A stretch of 64,000 bases of DNA from Pseudomonadota bacterium (GCA_027364845.1 DAHXOO010000002.1:76422-140421); one strand, 5' to 3'; positions 26,247 to 36,619 are shown, counted from the stretch's first letter. Made by a program: numbers and translations. Notes: a model not told the origin generated them from the letters alone.

Positions 26247-27012
26247 GGCCCGCTCCGGCGCAGGCGTGCCGCTGCCAGGTCTCGAGCGCGTGGCAGGTCA
26301 GGGCGCTGACCCGGGTCACCCCGATGGCGTGCGATCGCAAGGTGCGTTTTCATCTTTTCATCGACCCTGTGAATCTGGCAACGCCACCCGCGCAGCTCTG
26401 GCCAATGCGACCGTTCGCCGGCTTCAGTATCCAGTCACCCGGCTCGTTCACGGATTCTCTTGGCTACTCGGACGGTGCGATCTGCGACAGCACTGTGTCC
26501 CGCCAGACTCTCTTCGCTGGTCAGACCGGCTCAAGCATCGACTCCGGATCACTGGCCTGCGCAGATAGCATGGCAAGCCGTTGCCGCCATGAGATGGCGC
26601 CGGGCATTCACTACTGAAGAAACATCCTGGGCTACGCCGCACACGCTCTGTTGCGGCGCACGCCGGGATTGGCGGCAAGATTCTTTTCATCGGACGCGAA
26701 CTGGAGACCGGCTTTACACATACCATTTTTTTACGCCGAAGCGCTGGCCTAGTCCTGTTGCGTGAGGCTGCGTCCTGCACTTCTGGCACGGGGCATAATG
26801 GAGACCCGCTCCAGCACATCCGCCGTGGTATTTGGAGAAGTTCGAGCCGGGCATGAACAGTGCCCGCCACCGAATATCATCACATTGATCGATTTCGGAA
26901 AGAATAACGATAGCGACCACATGCGGCGGACACAGGCGCGTGTGGCGAAGCGCCATGCGTTTGGATTACATTAGCGGCTCTTCCGACCGGCCGGATCGAG
27001 GGTTCATCGCCC

Positions 27013-27816
27013 ATGACAGTACGCAGATCGCGAATTCGTATCTTCGCACTCACCCTTGGACTACTGGCCGCAGTCCAGATTCCGGTGCACGCCGCTCCAA
27101 TCGGCAGACATAGCACGAATAGCGGTAGCGTGGTCGATGTCGCAGTCGCGGCTGATTTCATTCACACCCTGCAGGATCTGGGCACGGCCTTTGCCAGCGC
27201 CGGCGGCGGGCATATTGTGATCAGCGCTGGATCGACTGGCAAGCTGTACGCGCAGATCCATGCCGGCGCCCCCTATGACGTATTGCTTGCGGCCGATGTC
27301 TCCACTCCGCGCCTGCTGGTCAAGCAGGGATTGGGCGTGGCCGCCAGCCGCTTCACTTACGCGCGCGGCCGAATTGCGCTCTGGAGCCGTTCACCGCGGC
27401 GCGTAGACAACAAGGGGCTGGTGTTGAGGAACGGGAAATTCCGCCACCTTGCCATCGCCAACCCCAAAACTGCACCGTACGGGGCGGCGGCACGTGAGGT
27501 GCTGCAACATCTGGGGCTATGGCAAACCTTGCGCACCCGCATCGTTCGCGGAGACGACATCGGGCAGACCTTCCAGTTCGCGGCCAGCGGCAACGCCGGG
27601 CTCGCATTCGTGGCACTGGCGCAGCTCAAGGACCCAGCGTTCCCGGCCAGCGGATCCTACTGGATCGTGCCGCAAAAGCTGTATGCCCCCATTGATCAGC
27701 AGGCGGTGCTTCTCGAGCGCGCCCGTAATAACGCCGCGGCCATTGCGTTCGTAAAGTTTCTGCACAGCCACCGGGCACGAACGATCATTCGCCGCTATGG
27801 CTACAACGTCGACTGA
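27013..27816 (+). CDS. modA: Molybdate ABC transporter substrate-binding protein ModA
   Basis: Signal peptide, then SAGSTGKLYAQIHAGAPYDVLLAAD and IANPKTAPYG blocks. Followed by modB and modC. Confidence 0.9.
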   Translation: MTVRRSRIRIFALTLGLLAAVQIPVHAAPIGRHSTNSGSVVDVAVAADFIHTLQDLGTAFASAGGGHIVISAGSTGKLYAQIHAGAPYDVLLAADVSTPRLLVKQGLGVAASRFTYARGRIALWSRSPRRVDNKGLVLRNGKFRHLAIANPKTAPYGAAAREVLQHLGLWQTLRTRIVRGDDIGQTFQFAASGNAGLAFVALAQLKDPAFPASGSYWIVPQKLYAPIDQQAVLLERARNNAAAIAFVKFLHSHRARTIIRRYGYNVD

Positions 27817-27872
27817 GCATACGCAGCAAGCCATCCGGGCCGCCGACCCCGATTCCGAGGACGGGATACAGT

Positions 27873-28556
27873 ATGAATGCATTGGCGATCGATTTTACCC
27901 CGGTCTGGCTCACGCTGCGTCTTGCCCTGACCTCGACGGCGATTCTGCTCATCATTGGAACACCTGTCGCGTGGTGGCTTGCACGCACAAGCTCGTTCTG
28001 CAAGCTGCCGGTCGAATCCATTGTCGCGCTGCCGCTGGTGCTTCCTCCCACCGTGCTCGGCTTCTATTTGTTGATCGCGCTTGCGCCCACCGGGCCACTG
28101 GGTAGAGTCTGGCACGCGATCAGCGGCGGTTCGCTGGCGTTCAGTTTTTCTGGTCTGGTAATCGGGTCGGTTCTGTACTCGCTGCCGTTTGTGGTGCAGC
28201 CATTGCAGAATGCCTTCGAGGCGATCGGCGAGCGCCCGCTCAAGGTGGCTGCAATGCTGGGTGCCGGGCCCGTGGACCGGTTTTTTACCGTCGCCCTGCC
28301 GCTCGCGCGGCGCGGACTGGTCACGGCGATTACCCTCGGCTTCGCCCATACCGTGGGCGAGTTTGGGGTGGTGCTCATGATCGGCGGCAACATTCCGGGG
28401 AAAACTCAGGTGCTGTCTATCTCGATCTATGACCATGTGGAAGCGCTCGAATACGGACGCGCTCACGTGCTGTCGGCAGGATTGCTGGCCTTTTCGTTCC
28501 TCGTGCTGTTCGTTGTCCACCTCACCAACCGGCGCCTGCAGGCGCGCGGCTTATGA
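27873..28556 (+). CDS. modB: Molybdate ABC transporter permease ModB
   Basis: 227-aa permease with five or six TM segments. LPLVLPPTVLGFYLL and the EAA-like loop AAMLGAGPVDRFFTVALP. Confidence 0.9.
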   Translation: MNALAIDFTPVWLTLRLALTSTAILLIIGTPVAWWLARTSSFCKLPVESIVALPLVLPPTVLGFYLLIALAPTGPLGRVWHAISGGSLAFSFSGLVIGSVLYSLPFVVQPLQNAFEAIGERPLKVAAMLGAGPVDRFFTVALPLARRGLVTAITLGFAHTVGEFGVVLMIGGNIPGKTQVLSISIYDHVEALEYGRAHVLSAGLLAFSFLVLFVVHLTNRRLQARGL

Positions 28557-29629
28557 GCGATATCGACGCGCATCTTGTTCTGCGGCGCGGCGAGTTTGTG
28601 CTCGATGCTACGTTCCAGACACCAGCGCGCGGCATCACCGCGCTGTTCGGGCCTTCGGGGTGCGGCAAGTCCACGCTGCTGCATTGTATCGCTGGTCTGG
28701 AACCCGCGGTGCGCGGCACGCTGCGGGTCAATGACGAACTCTGGCAGGATAGCGAATTGCACGTCTTTGTGCCCGCGCACCGACGCAGGGTGGGATACGT
28801 ATTTCAGGACGCCGGGATGCTCGCCCATCTGAGCGTGCGCGGCAACCTTGAATACGGAATGAGGCGCGCGCGGCGCGCGCGTTCCGGGCCAGCGTTTGCC
28901 CAGACCGTAGAGTGGGCCGGCATTGGTCCGCTGCTTGGACGCCGCGTCCAGGGACTGTCCGGAGGAGAACGCAGTCGCGTAGCGATGGCCTGTGCGCTGC
29001 TGACAGACCCGGTGATGCTGCTTATGGATGAGCCGCTGGCCGCGCTGGATGCCCGGTCGCGAGCCGAGATGCTGCCGTATCTCGAACGCCTGCACAGCGA
29101 GTTGTCGATCCCCGTGCTTTATGTGAGTCATGCCATCGACGAGGTGGCACGGCTCGCCGACCATCTGATAAGCCTCGAACCAGGGCGCGTCGTAGCCTGC
29201 GGTGCCTTGCGCGAAATGCTCACGCGCCTAGATCTGCCGTTTGCCCGCAGCGACGAGGCAGCGGCTATCCTCGATGCGGTAGTGACCGGATACGATGAGC
29301 AATTCCAGCTGGCGCTGCTCGCATTTCCCGGCGGCCGCCTGGCGATACCGCAGCGGCGGCTGCCCGCAGGAACTGCAGTGCGCGTGCGCATTCTGGCGCG
29401 TGACGTGAGCCTGAGTCTGGCACATCATCACGATACCAGCATTCTCAATATCTTCCCGGCGCGCGTGCTGGATATAACGGAGGATCGGCCGGCACAGGCC
29501 GTGGTCAGACTGGATGCCGCCGGCGCCGTTTTCCTCGCCCGGGTCACGCGGCGATCGGTGCACTCGCTCGGCCTTAAGCCAGACGCCGAAATCTACGCCC
29601 AGATCAAGAGTGTCGCGCTCTTGCGCTGA
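28553..29629 (+). CDS. modC: Molybdate ABC transporter ATP-binding protein ModC (with C-terminal TOBE/Mop domains)
   Basis: Walker A GPSGCGKST, signature LSGGERSRVAMA, Walker B LLMDEPLAALD. The C-terminal ~130 aa is TOBE-like. ATGA overlap with modB. Confidence 0.9.
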   Translation: MSDIDAHLVLRRGEFVLDATFQTPARGITALFGPSGCGKSTLLHCIAGLEPAVRGTLRVNDELWQDSELHVFVPAHRRRVGYVFQDAGMLAHLSVRGNLEYGMRRARRARSGPAFAQTVEWAGIGPLLGRRVQGLSGGERSRVAMACALLTDPVMLLMDEPLAALDARSRAEMLPYLERLHSELSIPVLYVSHAIDEVARLADHLISLEPGRVVACGALREMLTRLDLPFARSDEAAAILDAVVTGYDEQFQLALLAFPGGRLAIPQRRLPAGTAVRVRILARDVSLSLAHHHDTSILNIFPARVLDITEDRPAQAVVRLDAAGAVFLARVTRRSVHSLGLKPDAEIYAQIKSVALLR

Positions 29630-30065
29630 CCTGTGCCCCCCTGGGTCGCTCGAAGAAATCCCGCAACGCCCGAGTACGCAGGACCAGGCTCAGTGCCACA
29701 AACAGGCAGCCGGCAAACAGCCCCATGACAACGCTCGGCGAACGCAGCGAACGCATTGCATCCATACGCTCGAGCCGCGCCGACCAGAATGCGGTCAGCG
29801 CCGGAAGCACGCCGATGATCGCTGCCAGCGCCAGATTCCACCAGAAAGCCATGCTGCGGCTCCACCAGCTGCGGCGCAGCAACCCGAAAACACCGACCGC
29901 CGTGTACAGCGCCGCAAAGCCGAGCAGTCCGGCATACACTAGCCGTGATCCCGCCACTGGCAAGTTCCAGGTGCGCGCGGAATAGACCTCAAGTGCCGCA
30001 TGCGCCAAGGCAATGTCGGTCCAAAGATACAGCACGACGTTGATCCAGATGACCAGTCGTTTCAC
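29604..30065 (-). CDS. Hypothetical integral membrane protein (about 4 TM)
   Basis: 153 aa, hydrophobic, GTG start. I recognise no family motif. Its 3' end overlaps modC convergently by 26 nt. Confidence 0.55.
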   Translation of the reverse strand: MKRLVIWINVVLYLWTDIALAHAALEVYSARTWNLPVAGSRLVYAGLLGFAALYTAVGVFGLLRRSWWSRSMAFWWNLALAAIIGVLPALTAFWSARLERMDAMRSLRSPSVVMGLFAGCLFVALSLVLRTRALRDFFERPRGAQVSARARHS

Positions 30066-30480
30066 GCGACCCTGCTATCTAAACAACATTGTGCACGAAA
30101 GTGCGCACGGCTTTGTGCCGCACCGCATGTCCGTGACTGGCGCCTTGCCTGTCCGCTTATGCGCTGACAGACTTGCCTTCCCGTATAAACCCACGGCAGG
30201 TAATTTTCAAGGTTCTTTGCGGCATTCCGGTCACGATCGTGAATTGTCCCCCATTGCGGGCAAGTCCCTGTTTCGATAGTCGCGCCCTAGCGACGAGCAC
30301 ATCCGACTGGAGGGTAGTTCTTGCGCAAATCGACACACCCGGAGCCAGGTCTCTCACCGCCACCTAGCCACATTTCGACGTGGACGCGCAACGTGGACCT
30401 TCAATTCGGCTCGCATCCGGATACGATGCACTGCGCAATAGTGCCTGGCGGAGCCGCCGCCTTCGGCCAACTAGTGCGTA

Positions 30481-30819
30481 TCAGAGCAGCTCGGGCAACT
30501 TGGGTTTGGCGAAGACCAGCTTGATCAGCGGGATGTAGCCTTCGGAATTGGTGTGATCGAACAGAAGTCCGACCCCATCGTTAGTCGCGTGCACGACCTG
30601 GGCATGAAAGCGCCTCATCGGCCGCGCCTTGGATGACGGCATTTTCACCATCAATTCCACCGGTCCCGTCGGATACGGCTTCGCTCCATGGGTCTGCACG
30701 AATACCCCGTTCAGACTGATGTCGCGGGTCTTGCACGGCTGCAAGCTGCGCCCACCGCCATTGATCACCGCTTCCAGCGAATATGGGATACGTGGCGCGT
30801 CACGGCGTTCACTCGACAT
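30481..30819 (-). CDS. PilZ domain protein (c-di-GMP receptor)
   Basis: RRDAPR (RxxxR) and DISLNG (DxSxxG) motifs with correct spacing. ATG at 30819 follows GGGGGA. Confidence 0.8.
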   Translation of the reverse strand: MSSERRDAPRIPYSLEAVINGGGRSLQPCKTRDISLNGVFVQTHGAKPYPTGPVELMVKMPSSKARPMRRFHAQVVHATNDGVGLLFDHTNSEGYIPLIKLVFAKPKLPELL

Positions 30820-30898
30820 ATATTCCCCCAACTTCCTGCAAAGCCATGACTGATCTTACTCTAAGGGCGCGCCCCGCGAAACCGATCGTTCATCCCGG

Positions 30899-32275
30899 CT
30901 AGGACTGCGAGGCACATGCCCGGTCCTGGGCGTGCGTGCCGGACTGAATCAGAACCGGTCGCGTTGCAGCGACCATGACATGAGGTGGCGGCACCGAGCG
31001 GGCGTCTTCCGCGGCGTTCCCAACCCGTGCCACCAGGGTCGCGGCATCCTCACCGGTCGAAAGCAGGCCAACGGCGCAGACGAATGACGGCAGTGCGAGG
31101 CTTTCTCCGTCCAGGGCAAGGTGGGTCTCGGCTGCGCGCTTCTGCGCTTTGGCCAGGGCCCGCACCGCCCCGTCGCGTTCGGTACCCGGAAACATGACCG
31201 CGAACCGATGACGATCGTAGCAGGCAATAAAATCATAGGTACGAAACCCGGCTAGAATCTCCTCCGCATAACAACGCAGAACTGCGCCCTCGGCATCTTC
31301 GCCATGGCGAGCGGTGAACGTGTCCAAGTCCTCGATGCCAATCACAGCCACCGCCAGCGAGCCGCTATGGCGGCGTACGCGCTCGATTTCGGTCGCAAGC
31401 TGCTGCAGGAAAACCTCGCGTCTGGGCAGCGCCACTGACCGTTTCGCACGCTTGGCGCCGGCGCGGGTTGTGGTGAGTTGCCGCGGGGCCTTGGTGCCAC
31501 GCCGGAGTGCCTCGTCGAGCTCCGCGCGCAGGCGTTCACGATCGGACTCGATCGACTTGATTCGACCTTCAGCGCTGCTCAGCTGTTCCTCGAGCTCCAT
31601 GCGCTCGCGCCGCAGCTCGTCGAGACTGTTGACCCAAAGCTGCTTGAGACTCTTGAAGTCCTTCATCGCGCCGTAGATCGCGCGCCAGGCATCGAGTTCA
31701 GACCTGCGCAGTGCCTCATAGCGTCTTTCGCCGGCCGAACCACCCTGGTCATCAACCAGCGACTTTTCGACCCACCCCGCCAGGTCTGTGCTGGCATCGG
31801 TTTCCTGTGCAATTCCGGCTTCGAGGGAGGAAGTTGGTGACACGTCTTCGACTTCCGCAGTCACACTGATCGGCGGGTGTGGGCGGCGGTCGACAGCCAC
31901 ACGCTCGACCGGCACTGGTGGCGGTCCCGCTCCGATTCTGTTTATGACGTCAATATAGGACTGAAACGGGTTGTGCAGCGTCGGGATACCGGCATCTGCC
32001 CCGAGATAGGGGACAAGATGCTGCTGGATCACGCGCGCCTTGATGCGCAACGCCGGCAGATTGTCGCTATCGGAAGCAAATGTCCCCAGCTGGGCATGCA
32101 AGTAGCTTACTGCGGCACGGTTAATCGGCAGGCCTGCCGCCCCACCCTGGTCCAGCCCACGCTCCAGCAGCCGCGTGAGTCCAGAGCCATCGCCACTGCG
32201 CCTGAGGCCTTCGAGATGACGGCGGATGGTCTGCACCAGGGTCGGATCCGCAGACACAAATTCACTGACAGACAA
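30899..32275 (-). CDS. Coiled-coil protein with a C-terminal degenerate GGDEF-like domain
   Basis: The C-terminal ~160 aa follow the GGDEF fold pattern (LAVAVIGIEDLDTFTARHGEDAEGAVL...), but the active-site position reads YDRHRF. The central region is a heptad-rich coiled coil (LDELRRERMELEEQLSSAEGRIKSIESDRERLRAELDEAL). Confidence 0.65.
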   Translation of the reverse strand: MSVSEFVSADPTLVQTIRRHLEGLRRSGDGSGLTRLLERGLDQGGAAGLPINRAAVSYLHAQLGTFASDSDNLPALRIKARVIQQHLVPYLGADAGIPTLHNPFQSYIDVINRIGAGPPPVPVERVAVDRRPHPPISVTAEVEDVSPTSSLEAGIAQETDASTDLAGWVEKSLVDDQGGSAGERRYEALRRSELDAWRAIYGAMKDFKSLKQLWVNSLDELRRERMELEEQLSSAEGRIKSIESDRERLRAELDEALRRGTKAPRQLTTTRAGAKRAKRSVALPRREVFLQQLATEIERVRRHSGSLAVAVIGIEDLDTFTARHGEDAEGAVLRCYAEEILAGFRTYDFIACYDRHRFAVMFPGTERDGAVRALAKAQKRAAETHLALDGESLALPSFVCAVGLLSTGEDAATLVARVGNAAEDARSVPPPHVMVAATRPVLIQSGTHAQDRACASQS

Positions 32276-32488
32276 TTGGCTGTCTCCTCAGGGCCCTGGA
32301 GTTGGCTGGATTCTCTCCAACAGAATGTACCTCTGCATGCCGGAAATAACAATACGTTGGGTACTGACGTTCATCGGGGCCAGCGATTGCCTCAGATTTA
32401 CGCCGCCGCATGACTGGCGACCCCCCGGCGATACGCGTCGGCATCATCGATCGTCGCGCGCCGGCATGGCGCTTGTTATCATGCCAAT

Positions 32489-34687
32489 ATGGATGTATCG
32501 CATCTTCTTGACAACCTGAACGACGCACAGCGTCACGCGGTCGCGGCGGCGCCTGGGCCCATGCTGGTCTTGGCGGGCGCCGGAAGCGGCAAAACTCGGG
32601 TGCTGACCCATCGCATTGCGTGGCTGGTTCAAACCCAGGGCGTTTCGCCACAGGCAATCCTGGCTGTGACGTTTACCAACAAGGCTGCCCACGAGATGCG
32701 CGGGCGCATCGAAGCGATGCTCGGATTTTCAGTATCCGGAATGTGGGTCGGGACTTTCCATGGCCTTTCGCATCGCCTGCTGCGTGCACACTTCCGCGAA
32801 GCCGGGTTGCCCCAGAACTTTCAGATTCTCGATAGTGATGACCAGTTCCGCCTGATTCGTCGTGTACTCAAGAACCTCGAATTCGATGAGGCGTACTGGC
32901 CACCGCGTCAGGCCCAGTGGTTCATCAATGGCCACAAGGAGGCCGGGCGCCGGCCTCAGCATTTGGGAGCGGCGGACGATCCGCAGTCACGGCAATGGGC
33001 ACGGGTATACCAAGCCTACGAGGACGCGTGCCGGCGCGCTGGCCTTGTCGACTTCGGGGAGTTGCTGCTGCGCGCTTATGAGCTGCTGCGCGACGACGTT
33101 CGGTTGCGCGCGCACTATCAGTCGCGGTTCGGACACGTCCTCGTGGATGAGTTCCAGGACACCAATGCGATTCAGTACAGCTGGCTCAAGCTTTTTGCCG
33201 GGGCTAACGATAACTTGGTCGTCGTCGGCGACGACGACCAGTCCATCTACGGATGGCGCGGTGCGATGGTCGAGAACATCCTCCGATTCGAAAAGGACCA
33301 CCCCGGCACCGTCCTGATCAGGCTGGAACAGAACTACCGGTCCACAGCGACCATTCTGGATGCCGCCAACAGCGTCATCCGGAATAACGCCGGACGCCTG
33401 GGAAAGGATCTGTGGACCCAGGGCGCCAAGGGGGCACCGGTCCGGATCTATGGTGCTTACCACGATCTCGACGAGGCCCGGTTCGTCGTGGACCGCATCG
33501 AATCATGGGTGGCCGCCGGTCGCCGGCGCTCCGAAGTGGCGGTGTTGTACCGCTCCAACGCCCAGTCGCGGGTATTCGAGGAAACCCTGGTCAACGCCGC
33601 TGTTCCCTATCGTGTCTATGGAGGACTGAGGTTCTTCGAGCGCGCCGAGATCAAGGATGCGCTTGCCTATCTGCGCCTTATTGCCAGCCGCCACGATGAT
33701 CCGTCCTTCGAGAGGGTAGCCAATGTCCCGACACGCGGTGTCGGCGGGCGCACCTTGGAGGCGCTTCGCGTCCATGCGCGCGCGCAATCGCTGTCATTGT
33801 GGGATGCAGCCACCGAGCTGACTGCAGCCACAGGGCTGGGCAGTCGCGCGATCAAGGCGCTGCGCGCTTTCATGAACCTGATCGAACAAATGGCCGCTGG
33901 GACCGAGGGCAACTCGCTGGCGAACCAGATCGAGCAGATGTTGCGGCTGAGCGGCCTGATGGACTTTCATCGCAACGACAAAAGTGAAAAGGCCGAAATG
34001 CGGGTCGAGAATCTGGAGGAACTGGTCAATGCGGCGCGCAACTATCGGCACGACGAGGGCACGGGGCTTGATCCGCTGTCTTCCTTTCTGGCGCATGCCG
34101 CTTTGGAGGCGGGAGAAGGCGAGGCCGAAAGCTGGGAGGACTGTGTCCAGCTTATGAGCCTGCACTCGGCCAAGGGTCTCGAATTTCCGCTGGTTTTCCT
34201 CACCGGCATGGAAGAAGGGCTGTTTCCGCACCAACGTTCGCTGCAGGAGCCGGGGCGGCTCGAGGAAGAGCGGCGGCTGTGCTATGTCGGCATGACGCGC
34301 GCCATGAGCGAGCTGTATCTGACTTATGCCGAGGTCCGCCGCCTTTATGGCAGCGAGCATTACACCAGTCCATCCCGCTTTCTCGCGGAGATCCCTCAGA
34401 ACCTGACCGAGGAGATACGGGCACAGCCGGTCACAGACTGGCGCCACCGGGTGGCGGCGGCACCGGCTGGCGAATGGGGCGGCCCTGGCCCTGTCCAGGA
34501 GGAGCCCGGGACTGCCACCAGTGGGCGCGCCCTGCGCCTCGGAGGGCGCGTGCACCACGACAAGTTTGGCGAGGGCGTCGTGCTCAACGTCGAGGGCCGG
34601 GGCGAACACACCCGAGTTCACGTCAACTTCCAGGATACAGGAGCGAAGTGGCTGGTCGCAGCCTACGCCAATCTGCGTCCGCTCTGA
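32489..34687 (+). CDS. uvrD: DNA helicase II UvrD
   Basis: AGAGSGKTRVLTHRIAWL (motif I), VDEFQDTN (motif II) and VGDDDQSIYGWRGA. 732 aa. Confidence 0.9.
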   Translation: MDVSHLLDNLNDAQRHAVAAAPGPMLVLAGAGSGKTRVLTHRIAWLVQTQGVSPQAILAVTFTNKAAHEMRGRIEAMLGFSVSGMWVGTFHGLSHRLLRAHFREAGLPQNFQILDSDDQFRLIRRVLKNLEFDEAYWPPRQAQWFINGHKEAGRRPQHLGAADDPQSRQWARVYQAYEDACRRAGLVDFGELLLRAYELLRDDVRLRAHYQSRFGHVLVDEFQDTNAIQYSWLKLFAGANDNLVVVGDDDQSIYGWRGAMVENILRFEKDHPGTVLIRLEQNYRSTATILDAANSVIRNNAGRLGKDLWTQGAKGAPVRIYGAYHDLDEARFVVDRIESWVAAGRRRSEVAVLYRSNAQSRVFEETLVNAAVPYRVYGGLRFFERAEIKDALAYLRLIASRHDDPSFERVANVPTRGVGGRTLEALRVHARAQSLSLWDAATELTAATGLGSRAIKALRAFMNLIEQMAAGTEGNSLANQIEQMLRLSGLMDFHRNDKSEKAEMRVENLEELVNAARNYRHDEGTGLDPLSSFLAHAALEAGEGEAESWEDCVQLMSLHSAKGLEFPLVFLTGMEEGLFPHQRSLQEPGRLEEERRLCYVGMTRAMSELYLTYAEVRRLYGSEHYTSPSRFLAEIPQNLTEEIRAQPVTDWRHRVAAAPAGEWGGPGPVQEEPGTATSGRALRLGGRVHHDKFGEGVVLNVEGRGEHTRVHVNFQDTGAKWLVAAYANLRPL

Positions 34688-34827
34688 GGCGCGTCGTACA
34701 GCCGCTGATTTGACACTTCGCTGGCGGCAGGCCAATCTGTTGGGTGGAAACAGATCATTTTTCTGGGGGGCGGTCCAGTGGGGACAGCCTCGGGTAGTCG
34801 GGTTCTTCGTCCACAGCGGGGTAAACC

Positions 34828-35601
34828 ATGCCGAGTCATGCTGAAAAAACATCCGATGGGACGCGGTCCAAAGTGCTGTCGCTGCTCGCAGTCGCAGTGG
34901 CCATCGTCGTCGGGAGCGTAGCAATCAACTTGCTGATCGTTTATGCCGGGCAGACAGCCAGACCGCCGTTCGAGCTGATTTTCGGGGGATCGGCCCTGAT
35001 GGCCGGGATATTGGTGCCCATAGTCTATGGCCTGATAATGACCCCTATGGCGCGCGACTATGACCGGCGTTTGAAGACAAGCGGCATCGTCGACACCAAC
35101 CGCTCGGCTGTAACCGATGAGGTGACACGCTTGGCCAATCGCCGCGGCATCACTTCCAGTCTTATCGAGGCGATGGCCCAGGCGGAACGCTACGGCGATC
35201 CCCTGTCAGTGGCGATAGCGGAAGTCGACGGCTTCGAACGGCTGACAGAAGCCCACGGGCGCAAGGCAGCCGAACAGGTGCTGCAAGCTGTTGCCGCTGT
35301 GCTCGGGGAAACCCTGCGCATGCCCGACCACGCGGGCCGCTACGGTGAAAAGGAATTTCTCATCCTTTTGCCGCATACATCGCTCAAGGACGCCAGCAAG
35401 ATCACCGAACGCGTCCGGCGGGGCGTAGCGACTTCGGCACTTTCTCTGGGAGGACAGAAACTCAAAATCAGCGTAACCCTCGGGGCGACGCAGTTTCGCA
35501 AGGGTGAGGACCTCGAGCAGGTTCTCACCCGCGTGGAGCGTGCGGCGTCCGGCACCGTCAAGCCGACCGCCGGCCGTGCCGGAGGCAAGAAGTCCGCCTA
35601 G
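34828..35601 (+). CDS. Membrane-anchored GGDEF-domain protein with a non-canonical active site (GEKEF)
   Basis: Two N-terminal TM segments. The GGDEF fold contains LANRRG...VAIAEVDGFERLTEAHGRKAAEQVL and RYGEKEF in place of GG[DE]EF. Confidence 0.75.
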   Translation: MPSHAEKTSDGTRSKVLSLLAVAVAIVVGSVAINLLIVYAGQTARPPFELIFGGSALMAGILVPIVYGLIMTPMARDYDRRLKTSGIVDTNRSAVTDEVTRLANRRGITSSLIEAMAQAERYGDPLSVAIAEVDGFERLTEAHGRKAAEQVLQAVAAVLGETLRMPDHAGRYGEKEFLILLPHTSLKDASKITERVRRGVATSALSLGGQKLKISVTLGATQFRKGEDLEQVLTRVERAASGTVKPTAGRAGGKKSA

Positions 35602-35623
35602 CGGTCCTGCCAGCCCTGCCCAT

Positions 35624-36562
35624 TCACCGGATCATCGCCTCCGCCACTGCGGTCCAGGCCCGGGCAAGGTTGTCGTGATCGTAGCCTCCGCCCCCCATGG
35701 CCACCATGCGCCCTTGGCAATAGTCGTCGGCCATCTGACGCAAGCGCCCGGCGACGAAGCCGTGCACCGCAGTGGTGTAATTCAGATGTGTGAGCGGATC
35801 CCCGGCGATGCTGTCGGCGCCGGCCTGCAGCAGGATGAACTGCGGTTTTCCAGCACGAAGGAATTCTTCCACCCGCGGCCATACGCGGTGAAAAGCTAAG
35901 TCATCGGCACCCGGAGCCATCGGAATGTTGATTTTCGTCCCACGCCCGGCGCCGGTGCCGGTTTCGTCTGCGGCGCCTGAACCGGGGTAGAGAAAGTGGC
36001 CATCCTCGTGCACATCCGCAATCAGCAGGTCCGGGTCGTCCTGGTAGGTATAGAAGACCCCATCACCGTGATGGGCGTCAATATCGACGTAGGCGATGCG
36101 GCGGATCTGGTGGACACTGCGAAGCGTCTCGATTGCCACGCCGATGTCGTTGAAGACACAGAAGCCAGCGGCGGAATCACGTCGGGCATGGTGTAAGCCG
36201 CCGATCGGCAGGAAGCTGCGCGCGCGACCGCCCGTAACGGCCTGATTGACCGCATCCACGGTGGAACCGACCACGTAGGACGCGGCTTCGAACACGCCAG
36301 GAAATGCCGGCGTATCGCCGCTGTCCAGATAGCCGCCCTCACCGTGCGAAAGCCGCCGTACACGCTCGATGTACTCGGGCGTATGAAAGCGCAGCAGATC
36401 TGACTCCTCGGCGAGCACCGGCGCTGCGACCTCCACCCGCTCAGCTAGCCCGCTACTCACACACAGCCGCCAAAACGCGTCCAGCCGGTCGGTCCCAAAG
36501 GGATGACCGCCACCGAAACCGTAGCGCGCCAGTTCCGCACCGAAATACAGTCGCAGTCGCAT
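35624..36562 (-). CDS. Histone deacetylase-family protein (AcuC/acetoin-utilisation / deacetylase-like)
   Basis: Classic HDAC blocks GGLHHARRDSAAGFCVFND and YVDIDAHHGDGV. ATG at 36562 is chosen because a terminator for the upstream gene lies inside the track's extension (to 36649). Confidence 0.85.
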   Translation of the reverse strand: MRLRLYFGAELARYGFGGGHPFGTDRLDAFWRLCVSSGLAERVEVAAPVLAEESDLLRFHTPEYIERVRRLSHGEGGYLDSGDTPAFPGVFEAASYVVGSTVDAVNQAVTGGRARSFLPIGGLHHARRDSAAGFCVFNDIGVAIETLRSVHQIRRIAYVDIDAHHGDGVFYTYQDDPDLLIADVHEDGHFLYPGSGAADETGTGAGRGTKINIPMAPGADDLAFHRVWPRVEEFLRAGKPQFILLQAGADSIAGDPLTHLNYTTAVHGFVAGRLRQMADDYCQGRMVAMGGGGYDHDNLARAWTAVAEAMIR

Positions 36563-36619
36563 ATCGCTTGTGCCTCGCCGCCGACTCACCGTGATCATCT
36601 CACTCTGACACGCCGCCGG

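Noticed and set aside
26880-27012. Possible Moco riboswitch or ModE box upstream of modA
   Set aside because: I could not recognise the conserved Moco-motif helices or a TATAT-type ModE dyad by eye. A covariance-model scan is needed before any claim.
33794-34924. 376-aa minus-strand ORF antisense to uvrD
   Set aside because: This is a shadow ORF opposite a clearly conserved helicase.
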